Shown here: piece by piece, positions 49,140 through 60,257 of the stretch
Position numbering within the stretch: the stretch's first letter is position 1
Layout: each line of letters starts with the position of its first letter
Assembly: GCF_963921235.1 (NCBI RefSeq)
Contig: NC_086097.1
Span: 240,562,001-240,626,000, forward strand
Length of the DNA stretch: 64,000 nt
DNA from: Mobula hypostoma
Taxonomy: Eukaryota
Reading direction: 5' to 3'
Translations under genes and position numbers: made by a program
Notes under the pieces: model-generated
The model's input: the letters and a program-made list of their open reading frames with translations, nothing else
Told to the model about the DNA's origin: nothing
Databases searched by the model: none

Positions 49140-51865
49140 AAGACATAGTATCAGAATTAGGCCTTTTGGCGCAAAGAATCTACTCCACCATTTGATGATG
49201 GAGGATCCGTTGTCCTCTCAACACCATTCTCCCTGTAGCCTTTCATGGCCTGACTGATCAGCAACTTATCAACCTCTGTTCTAAATATACCCAATGACCT
49301 GGCCTCCAAAGCCGCCTGTGGCAATGAATTCTACAGATCCACCATCCTTTGGCTAAAGAAGTTCCTCTTCACCTCCGTGCTAAGTGGACATCCCTCTGTT
49401 CTGAGGTTGTGTTCTCTGGTCGTAGACTCCCCCACTATAGCAAACATCTTCTCCACATCCACTCTGTCTAGGCCTTTAAATATTTGATAGATTTCAACAA
49501 GATCCCCTGTTGCTCTTCTAAATTCTACAGGCCCAGAACCATCAAATGCCCCTGATATGATAATTCTTTTATTCCTAGAATCATTTTCATGAATCTCCTT
49601 TGAACACACTCCAGTATTAGCACATAATTTCTTAGCTGAAAGGCCCTAAACAGCACACAATACTCCAAGTAAGGCCTAAATAGTGCCTTATAAAGCCTCA
49701 GCATTACATGGTTGTTATGATATTCTAGTACTTTCAAAATGAATTGTAACATTGCATTTACCTTCCTCACCACAGCCTCAGACTGCAAATTAACCTTTAG
49801 GGCATCCTACACAAGGACTTCCAAGTCCTTTTGCACATCAAAATTTTGAATTTTCTCCCCATTTAGAAAACAGTCTCCACTTTTATTCCCTCTACCAAAG
49901 TGCATGATCGTACACTTCCTGACATTGTATTCTATCTGCTACTTCTTTGCCCATTCTCCTAATCTGCCTAAGTCCTTCTACAGCCTCCCTGCTTCCTCAA
50001 CACTACCAGCCTCTCCACCTATGTTCATATCATCCGCAATCTTCATCACGAAACCATCAATTCCATCAACCAAATCACTGACATACAACATAAAACGAAT
50101 CAGTCCCAACACTGTCTCCTGTGGAACACCACCAGTCACCGGCAGCCAGTTTGAAAAGGCTCTCTTTATTTCCACTCTTCACCTCCTGCCAATCAGCCAC
50201 TGCTTCATCCATGCTAGAATCTTTCCTGTAATGCCATGGACCCTTAACTTGCTAAGTGCCTCGTGTATGGCACTTTGTCAAAGAGCTTCTGAAAATCCAC
50301 TTACACAGCGTCCACTGATTCCCCTTTATCTCACTTGTTTTTGTCAAAGGTTCAAAGGTCCAATGTAATGTCAGAGAAATGTATACAATATACATCCATA
50401 AAAACAGAGGAGTGCCCCAAAGAATGAACAACAGATAAACGTAAAAACCCCAAAGCTCCCCCCAGCTCCCCTCCCTCCCACGCATAAGCAGCAGCGAACA
50501 ACAGTCCTCCCTCCCCCCACTGGCAAAAACAGAAAGTATTGGCACCGTCACCGAGCACTCAAGCGTTAGCAAAGACACAGACTTGCAGTGACCCCAGAGA
50601 CTTTGCGCTTCACCCGGTATTTGACATCCCACAGGCTCTCTTTCTCCCTAATAAGGGAAAAGGAGGTGTCTCCATTTTCCCAGCGAGCGGGAAAACATAA
50701 CAAACAACTCGCTGGTTTACGATGTTAAAAGTCTGATACGTCGCTTTTCTCGGGCTCTGTGCCTGAAGATCGCAAAGATCCCAGGTCTTCAGGCCCACAG
50801 CAGTAGATTTTCCAACTCCCTGATGACACACGGGTCCCCTGCCGTGACACCGACCCTCTATCCGCCCGTCTCCAGAGCCCCAAGATCTTAGGCTTCCAAA
50901 TCCGAGCCAGACTCCCAGGCCGAACGCTTGGTGTGCTGAACAACAGCCAGTCCTGAAACCCCGAGAACGGGTCCCATTCTCGCAAAGAACCAAAGTCAGC
51001 ATGTAACTCCAGGTCAGGGTCTTCAAAAGAACCCTGAAAGGGGAAAATAAAGATATTAAAGATGGAAATAGAGCTGTTTCCAAAGATACAAGCAAAGGAG
51101 TCACTGCTCAGCGCTATCTTAACTTCACTCCACCTTGCCTCAAAGAATTCCAGCAGATTTGTCAGGCAAGATTTTCCCTTGAGGAAACTATGCTGACTTT
51201 GGCCTACAGTATATTATCATGTGTTTTCATATACCCTGAAACCCCATCCTTAACAATTGACTCCAACATCATCTCAACCAGTCTAACTGGCCTATAATTT
51301 CTTTTCTTCTGCCTCCCTCCCTTCTTGAAGAATGGAGTGACAATTGCAATTTCAGAACCATGCCAGAATCTATTGATTCCTGAAAGATCATTACTAATGA
51401 CTCCACAATCTCTTCAGCTACTTCTTTCAGCATCCTGGGGTATCAGACCTTTCAGCTTCTCAGCCACCTTCTCCCTAGTAAGAGCAACTGCCCCCACTTC
51501 TGCCGCTGACACTCTCGAAATTCTGACGTGCTGCTAGTGTCTTCCACAGTGAAGAATGAGGCAAAATACTATTCAGTTCATCCACTATTTTCTTGTCCTC
51601 ATTCCTCCCTCTACATTGCTACTTTGACATCGTCCCTGCCAGTGTTCTTTTCCAATCAACTTTGGGTAGATCCTCTCATGCCTTTACTCCACTGTAATAC
51701 TGGTACTTTAGCTTCTCCCTCTGAAATAGCAGGGTGAATTCCATCATATTACTATCACTGCTTCATAAGTGTTTCTTCACCTTTACCTCCCTAATGAGAT
51801 CCAGTTCATTACATCACATCCAATCCAGAATAGTTGATGCCCTCTTGAGTTCAACTTCAAGCTGC
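49140..51865 (-). mobile_element. CR1 LINE, split by a non-autonomous element
   Basis: ORFs 49331-49609, 49525-49788 and 49978-50175 carry CR1 motifs. The element resumes at about 51135. Confidence 0.85.
50344..51120 (-). mobile_element. Non-autonomous LINE-derived element with AAGAT(A/G)GCG head
   Basis: Starts aagatagcgctgagcagtgactcc and ends ctctgacattacattggacctttgaacctttga. Same family as 8817-10002. Confidence 0.65.
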
Positions 51866-51904
51866 TTTCTGGTGGGCCTATTCTGAAAATATTTGAGTTA
51901 CGCA

Positions 51905-53240
51905 GGGCATGGTATTGGGACCACATCTATCCACATTATATTTCAGCAATCTGGATGATGGAATTAAAGCTTTGTGGCTGAGTTTGCAGATGATACAAAG
52001 ATAGATAAACGGTCAAGTAGTATTGAGGAAGCAGAGAGTCTGCAGAAGGACTTGAACAGATTGGGAGAATGGGCAAAGAAGTACCAGATGGAATATAGTA
52101 TGAGGAAGTGTATGGTCATGCACTTTGGTAGAAGGAGTAAAAGCATAGACTATTTTCTAAATGGGGAGAAAATTCAAAAATCAGGGATGCAAAAGGACTT
52201 GGGAGTCCTCATGCAAAATTCTCTAAAGATTAACTTGCAGGTTGAGTCAGTGATGAGGAAGGCAAATGCAGTGTTAGTATTCATTTCGAGAGAAGTAGAT
52301 GTAATACTGAGACTTTATAAGGCATTGTTCATAACATACTTGAAACATTGTGAGCAGTTTTGGGCCACTTGTCTTAGAAAGTATGTACAGGCATTGGAGA
52401 TGGTCCAGAGAAGTTTCGGAATCAGAATCAGGTTTATTATCACCAGCATGTGACATGAAATTTGTTAACTTAGCATAGCAGTTCAATGCAATACATAATC
52501 TAGCAGATAAAATAATAATAATAAATAAAATAATAATAATAATAATAATAAATAAACAAGTAAATCAATTATGTATATTGAATAGATTTTTAAAAAGTGC
52601 AAAAACAGAAATACTGTGTATTTTAAAAAGTGAGCTAGTGTCCAAAGATTCGATGTCCATTTAGGAATTTGATGGCAGAGGGGAAGAAGCCGTTCCTGAA
52701 TCGCTGAGTATGTGCCTTCAGGCTACTGTACCTCCTACCTGATGGTAACAGTGAGAAAAGAGCATGAGAGTGATTTCAGGAATGAAAGTGTTAAGGTATG
52801 AGGAGTGTTTAATGGATCTATGCCTGTACTCACTGGAGTTTAGAAGAATGAAGGGAGATCACATTGAAACGTATTGAATATTGGAAGGTCTACAATGGAT
52901 GTGGAGAGGATGTTTCCAGAGTCTAGGACCAGAGGGCACAGCCTCAGAATTGAGGGGCGTCTACTTAGAACAGAGATGAGGATGAATTTCTTTAGCCAGA
53001 AGGTGGTGTATGTGTTGAATTCATTGTCCCACAAGAAAGGAGGCTGTGGCATCCAAGTTATTGAGTATATTTAAAGAGGAGGTTGATAGGTTCATGATTG
53101 TTCAGGGCCTCAAAAGTCTCAGGGAGAAGGCAGGAAAATGAGGTTGAGAGGGAAAATAAATGATTCATGGTGGAATGGTGGAGCAGGCTCGATGGGCCAA
53201 ATGCCAAATTCTGCTCTAATGTGTTATGGTGTTATGGTCT
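51905..53240 (+). mobile_element. CR1 LINE split by a minus-strand Rex1 3' end (about 52418-52768)
   Basis: ORF 51974-52453 has FADDTK. ORF 52874-53074. The insert contains (aat)n at 52511-52555. Confidence 0.82.
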
Positions 53241-54093
53241 TGTTGGTCTGATCAAATGCAAGGGGTTAGGAATGCTGATACATGCAACATGATTGGAGGC
53301 GCTGCAAATAAGCACTTCTGTAGTGTTTAAATCATTGAGTACAATTGGCAGTATTCTCAAAACCACACACTCCAGAGTTCCTTTACAAAGAAAAGTACTC
53401 TGGGTTTTTTTTTGGACATCATTCTGAGACTGATGAAAGAATTCATAATTTGTTCCAAAATTTGCCACTGCCAAGGATCGGAACGGGCACAAAATACAGA
53501 TTTGTATATTATATTACACAAGGAGGAGAAAATTACATCACTGGTGCATTTGCCACTTCCGCATAACCTCAATCTTTCGGGAAATTCATCACAACTGCCC
53601 ACTGGCAGTTTCCTGTAAACTCTGCTTGGACATTTGTAAATGCAGTTCACAGTTTTCATTACAATTTCTCGACAGAGAGCAAGTAGCTAAATCAACAGGA
53701 AATAACATTCTTGTCTCCATTACTGTATTTTACTACGCATAAATTCTTATCGCCTTACGCTGGACTCAGTCATGGGACAAGCTATTCCAAATGATTATTC
53801 TTCCTCGTCTGTTCAGCACAGTATTTACACTTGTATCAAACAGAACAAAATTTCAACAAATTTCACATCTGCCAGCAATATTAAACCTGATTCTGATTCT
53901 GAAAATTCAAAATTCTAAGTAAATTTATTATCAAAGTCTTACATGTCACCAAATACTACCCTGAGATTTCATTTCCTTGGGGGCATTCACAGCACAACAA
54001 TGAAGAACAATAGAATCAATGGAAAATGACACACCAAGACTAACAAGTAACCAACATGCAAAAGAAGACAACCATGCAAATATAAAAAGAAAC

Positions 54094-54196
54094 TAGGTGG
54101 CATCCGTTAGTCTCGCGAGACCGTGGATCTGCGCCTGGAAAGTCTTGCTTCAGACTGTGTTTGAGCAGCGTCTGTTGTGGCTGTAGAGTCCCACAC
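54094..54196 (-). repeat. Inverted copy of the RTE 3' terminus
   Basis: 54118-54196 is the reverse complement of 57655-57733 (73/79 by eye). It also keeps the terminal cgcgagactaacggatgcc. Confidence 0.9.
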
Positions 54197-54197
54197 C

Positions 54198-57100
54198 GGT
54201 CTTCCATACAACCTCGCCCAGGCCTGCGCGCTGGAGAGGACACTCCAGCATCGCCTCACCGCGATGGCACAACACGAAAAGCAGCAGTCTATCGGTTATA
54301 AGCCTGCGCTCAATTGGCGTAGAGCAAGGCGCCTGGGGTTGCTTTCGACGGAGGGAGGGACCATCACGTCTCACTGGACAGCTGCCGCCCACCTCAAGCT
54401 GGGCAGCCGCCAGCCAATTCGGTGCTGTCCCGCCACAGTCCGCCCGCTCCACTGGGTGCGTGGGACTTAAGGATACAAGTAGCCCGAACTGCGGACTGTA
54501 AACGCTGCACCAAGTACAACTAGAAGACAAAGAAAGAAGCCAGCACTCAGACTAGGATGCTGGAATATACGGACTATGACAACTGGTATATCAGATGACC
54601 TTCGGGAGATCAACGACACACGCAAGACAGCAGTGATTAACAATGAACTGTCGAGACTCCAAGTGGACATCGCAATGCTCCAAGAGACACGTCTCGCAGA
54701 ATCGGGAATGCTACGTGAAAGAGACTATACCTCCTTCTGGCAGGGGAAGGGCTCAGACGAGACCAGAGAGCATGGTGTCGGCTTTGCCGTGAAGAACTCG
54801 CTGCTGAAGATGGTAGAGCCTAGCAAGAAAGGGACAGAGCAGATTTTCTCACTTCGACTCCACACATCCGACGGACCTGTCAACCTTGTCAGCGTCTATG
54901 CCCCAACCCTCTACTCTACACAAGACACAAAGGACAAGTTCTATGACCAGCTCTCAATGATGATACAGGAAATCTCAAGTCAGGAGCAGTTGCTGCTACT
55001 TGGCGACTTCAATGCCAGAGTGGGCGCCGACCACGACTCCTGGCCAAGCTGCCTGGGGCGGTATGGGATTGGCAGCATGAGTGACAACGGGCAACGACTG
55101 CTCGAGCTTTGCATGCTCCATGAATCGTGTGTCACCAACACCGACTTCCAGACGAAAGCTCAGCACTAAGTGCCATGGCGGCACCCCCGCTCCAAACACT
55201 GGCACCAGTTAGACCTGATAATCACAAGACACCGTCACCTGAGAAACATGCTCATGACTCACTCCTTTCAGAGTGCCGACTGCGACACGGATCACTCTCT
55301 GGTTTGCTGCAAGTTCAGACTTCGGCCGAAGAAGATACTGCGCCAAGCCTCCAGGCAAGCAGCGCATCGATGCCAGTAAGACACAACACCCAGACAAAGC
55401 TGCAGAGTTCATCAAGTCACTGGAGGATGCTCTCCTTGCAGACCCACCAGAAGGAGATGCTCAGCAGAGATGGGACTCTCTCAGGGACTCCATCCACAGC
55501 ACTGCACTCAAGGCCTTCGGGAAGAAACAGGGCAAGACACAGGACTGGTTTGAAGCGAGCTCAAGTAAGCTCACCCGTCATCGAGGTGAAGCGTGTTGCA
55601 CTACTAGAGCACAAACGCCACCCCACCCAGGCAACACTGCAAGCACTTAGGACAGCAAGAAGCAAGGCCCAGGAAACGGCCAGACACTGTGCAAATGACT
55701 ACTGGTTACAACTATGCGACAGCATTCAGTCATCATCTGACATAGGCAACATCCGTGGAGTGTACGAGGGGATCAAGAAAGCCATCAGGCCAACCCAGAG
55801 CAAGACAGCACCATTGAAAAGCATAACAGGCGAGACCATCAATGACAAAGGCAAGCAGGTGGAGAGATGGGTGGAGCATTACTCTGAACTCTTCTCCAGA
55901 GAAAACAGCATCTCGGACAGCACGCTAGAGGCCGTGGAATGCCTGCCTGTCATGGAGGAACTTGATGCATTGCCGACTGCCGAAGAGCTGAGTAAAGCCA
56001 TCGACAGCCTGTCCACTGGGAAGGCACCAGGATTGGATGGCATTCCACCAGAGGCCATCAAATGCGCAAAGGGTGTCCTGATAAACCACCTGCATGAACT
56101 ACTGTGCCAGTGCTGGATAGAGGGAGCAATGCTGCAAGACATGAGAGACTGCAACATTGTCAACATATATAAGAACCAAGGGGACAGAAGCGGCTGTAAC
56201 AACTACAGGGGAAGCTCCTTGCTGAACATCGTTGGGAAGGTCTTCACCCGCATGGTCCTGAATAGACTGCAGAAAGTAGCCGAAAGGGTATATCCCGAGT
56301 CTCAGTGCGGTTGCAGGTCAGAACGCTCCACAATCAACATGATCTTCTCCCTTCAACAGCTACAAGAGAAATGCAGAGAGCAAAGACAACCACTCTACGT
56401 CGCTTTCATTGACCTTAAGAAGGCCTTCTACCGTCTAAGCAGAGACGGCCTGTTCAAAATCCTCGCCAGGATTAGCTGTCCCCCGAGGCTCCTCAGGATA
56501 ATTCAGTCATTCCACAGACATGAAGGGCGTCGTTCAGTTCGACAGCTCTTCTTCGGAGGCCTTGAACATCCGCAGCGGTGTGAAGCAGGGCTGTGTGCTT
56601 GCCCCCACCCTGTTTGGCATCTTCTTCGCAGTCATGCTGAAGCACGCCTTTGGAACATCAACTGATGATGTCTACCTCCACACCAGATCGGACGGGAAGC
56701 TGTTCAGTCTGTCCCGGCTGAGGACAAAAACCAAGGTTCGTGAAGTACTCATCAGGGACATGTTTGCAGATGATGCAGCACTGGCAACACACTCTGAAGA
56801 GCAACTGCAACGCCTCATGGACAGCTTCTCAAGACCCTGCCAGGACTTCAGTTTGACCATCAGCCTGAAGAAAACCAACGTGTTGGGCCAAGGCATTGAG
56901 CACCCCCCTGCCATTACCATCAACAACTACGGGCTGGAGGTAGTTCATGAGTGTACATATCTTGGCTCCACCATCACGGACAGCCTCTCCCTAGACCCCG
57001 AGATCAATAGACGGATCAGACGAGCAGCCTCAACATTCTCCAGGCTGACAAAGAGAGTCTGGGAGAACAGAAAGCTGATAACGCACACCAAAGTTGCAGT

Positions 57101-57753
57101 CTACAGGGCCTGGATCATCAGCACACTGCTTTACGGCAGCAAGACCTGGAGCCTCTACTCCAGACAAGAGCGGCGTCTCAACGCCTTCCACCTTCGCAGC
57201 CTGAGACGCATCCTGGACATCACGTGGACTGACTGAGTCACCAACAATGTGGTCCTGGCCCGCGCCCAGATACCCAGCCTCTTCACCCTGCTCCAACAAC
57301 GCCGTCTCCGCTGGCTGGGCCACGTACACCGCATGTCAGACGGGAGGATCCCGAAAGACCTGCTGTACGGGGAACTGGCCTCCTGTAAGAGAGCACAAGG
57401 GCAGCCCCATCTTCGTTTCAAAGATGTTTGCAAGAGAGACATGAAGTCACTGAAAATGAACGTCGAGAGGTGGGAAGACATCGCAAGCGATTGCTCTCAC
57501 TGGAGGCTGGAACTACGCAGAGGTCTAAAAAGAGGAGAAGAGAAGCTGAGGCTTGCTGCTGAAGAAAAGCGCACTCGTCAGAAAAACAGCACCAAGACAA
57601 CACTGGAGGACAGCGCCTTCAAGTGCAGTCGCTGCAGCCGAGACTGTCACTCCCGTGTGGGCCTCTACAGCCACAACAGATGTTGCTCTAACACAGACTG
57701 AAGCAAGACTTTCCAGGCGCAGATCCATGGTCTGCGCCTGGAAACTACTACTA
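54198..57753 (+). mobile_element. Near full-length RTE-clade LINE (APE, RT, C-terminal C2H2 finger), inactivated by frameshifts and stops
   Basis: APE: CWNIRTM, MLQETRL, GVGFAV, SVYAPT, LGDFNARVG, CDTDH. RT: NNYRG, PESQCG, AFIDLKKAF, GVKQGCVLAPTLF, FADDAAL. Then LRWLGHVHRM and CSRCSRDCHSRVGLYSH. Stop at 57699-57701, (cta)n tail. Confidence 0.93.
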
Positions 57754-58091
57754 ATAAAGAGTTAAAAATTACACGTGGACTAAGATGTTAACTGTCCTGT
57801 GCTATCACCAGTGGGATCATCAGTTGATCTGCCACCTGTCTTCAGGAGTTTCGGCCCGCTTATGATCAAGACTCCCTCGAGGTGGTGGGCCAGCAGTGCT
57901 AAAGCACCACCTCCCACTGGTGTGCTTAAAAACTTGGCATCTGCCTCTATCACAGTTGTTGGTCACTTCCATCCAACAGATAGTTTGCTCTTCAGGTGTT
58001 TATGCAACTACTGAAGGGTTTGCGAGATATGTATTCACTATGATAATAATAATAACAGGCATGAAGTAGTCATTCATGAGTTACCACCAAC

Positions 58092-59278
58092 ACTGGACCC
58101 GCTACAATTCTGCTACTGACAGAACCGGGCTACCGATGACGCCATAGCCACAGCACCATACACCGTCCTCTTTCACCTGGAGAAGAGGGATGCATAAGTT
58201 AGAATGCTGTACCTGGACTACAGTCCAGCTTTTAACACCATAATCCCCTCCAGACTTGACAGGAAGCTTAGAGAACACGGCCTGCACCCCAGCTTGTGCA
58301 GCTGGATTCCAGACTTCCTATTGGATCGCCGACAGTGGTAAGGATGGGCTCCCTCACCTCTGTCCCTCTGACCCTCAACACAGGTGCCCTCTGGAATTGT
58401 GTTCTGAGTCCCTTTCTCTACTCCCTTTATTTCCCCCGGGATCAATAAAGTATGACAATACTATGACTGTACTGCCATGCACAGCTCCAATCTGTTGATC
58501 AAATTCGCAGATGACACAACTTTGATCGGCCTTACTTCTAGTGGTAATAAAACAGCCTACAGAAGAGAGGTTGGCACCCTAACACTGTGGTGCCAGGATA
58601 ACAACTTCTCCCTCAATGTCCAAAAAACAAAAGAGCTGATTGTGGATTACAAGAGGAACGGAGACAGACTCGGCCCAATCAACATCAATGGGTCCGCAGT
58701 TGAGAGGGTGAGTACCTTCAAGTTCCTCAGTATACACACCACTGATGATCCCAGCTGGCTTTGACACACCGGCTTTGTGGCAAAAAAAGCACAACAGCTT
58801 CTCTTCCACCTCAGGCGACTGAAGAAGTCTGGCATGAGCCCTCAAATCCTCAAGGTCTCAAGGGGCACCATTGAGAACATCCTGACTGGCTGTATCACTG
58901 CCTGGTATGGGAACTGCACCAGCCTTGATTACTGGGCACTGCAGAGAGTGGTACGGACAGCCCAACACATCTGTGGACGTGAACTTCCCTCCATTGAGGA
59001 CATTTACAGCAGCAGGTGCAGAACGAAGGCCTGGAAGATCACCAGGGACACCAGTCACTCCAGCCATAAACTGTTTCCGCTGCTTCCATCTGGCACACAC
59101 TACTGTAGCATTAAAGCCAGGACCAACAGGCTATGAGTCAGCGTCTTTCCACAAGCCATTAAACTTTTAAATTCACATGTCTGTACATTGCAACGGAGTC
59201 ATAATGCAAAGATTTTTACTCCCTCACGTTGTGGGATGAATGTAAGATTTAAATAATTTTTTAATTCTAAATTCTAAA
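58092..59278 (+). mobile_element. Rex1/Babar nested in the R4 relic
   Basis: Encodes LDPLQF, IKFADDTT and TKELIVDYKRNGD. (ttctaa)n tail. Confidence 0.85.
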
Positions 59279-59809
59279 TTAGAAGTAAAAATGTTTATAA
59301 TGTGTGTATTAGGAAAAAAATAACTTAATCCCCATAGACGTGTTAAACCAAATAAAACATGAAGTTGCATAAGAAATAGGAAGAAACCAACCTGAAGACC
59401 ACGACAATACTACACAAGAAAATAATGATGTTGAAACCCACCAAAACACTGATGAAAATACAATTATTTCAGCTGCTTCACAATCAGACGACAACAGCAA
59501 CAACACAGATGTAGAACCTCCACAGAAAGCTGATGATGAAGCTAAGCTTATGGACAAAATTATCCTAATATCTAACAACACGTTAGCAAAATATAAGGGC
59601 ATTGACCCAACAAAAAGACCCTACATACCAAAACAAAATCCATCATCAAAACGTGCAATATTTGTCAGTTCAGACACTATGAGAAAGGTTTATACAGGAC
59701 ATTGAAACTAAATTCGACATACCAAAATGTCACCAACCCCAGCACAGAACTACCAAAAACACAGAGATAATGAACTTTTGCTCTAATATCTCTAATATCT
59801 GGTCAATAG

Positions 59810-60257
59810 TCATAGTCATAGTCATAGTCATACTTTATTGATCCCGGGGGAAATTGGTTTTCGTTACAGTTGCTCCATAAATAATTAAATAGTAATAAAA
59901 CCATAAATAGTTAAATAGTAATATGTAAATTATGCCAGGAAATAAGTCCAGGACCAGCCTATTGGCTCAGGGTGTCTGACCCTCCAAGGGAGGAGTTGTA
60001 AAGTTTGATGGCCACAGGCAGGAATGACTTCCTATGACGCTCTGTGTTGCATCTCAGTGGAATGAGTCTCTGGCTGAATGTACTCCTGTGCCCAACCAGT
60101 ACATTATGTAGTGGATGGGAGACATTGTCCAAGATGGCGTGCAACTTGGACAGCATCCTCTTTTCAGACACCACCGTCAGAGAGTCCAGTTCCATCCCCA
60201 CAACATCAATGACCTTACGAATGAGTTTGTTGATTCTGTTGGTGTCTGCTACCCTCA
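59810..60257 (-). mobile_element. Rex1/Babar-type 3' end nested in the R4 relic
   Basis: Encodes ILDNVSHPLH..TERHRKSFLPVAIKLYN. aataaa followed by a (tatgac)n tail. Confidence 0.82.

Noticed and set aside
54198..54290. HDV-like ribozyme at the RTE 5' end
   Set aside because: Only simple hairpins were found. I could not assign P1, P2, P3 and P1.1 in the required order.
55127..56665. 512-aa ORF as a functional protein
   Set aside because: Only the middle is in the RTE frame. Both ends are out of frame because of frameshifts.
59309..59602. Hydrophobic 97-aa minus-strand ORF as a membrane protein
   Set aside because: It is the antisense shadow of the A-rich R4 coding strand.
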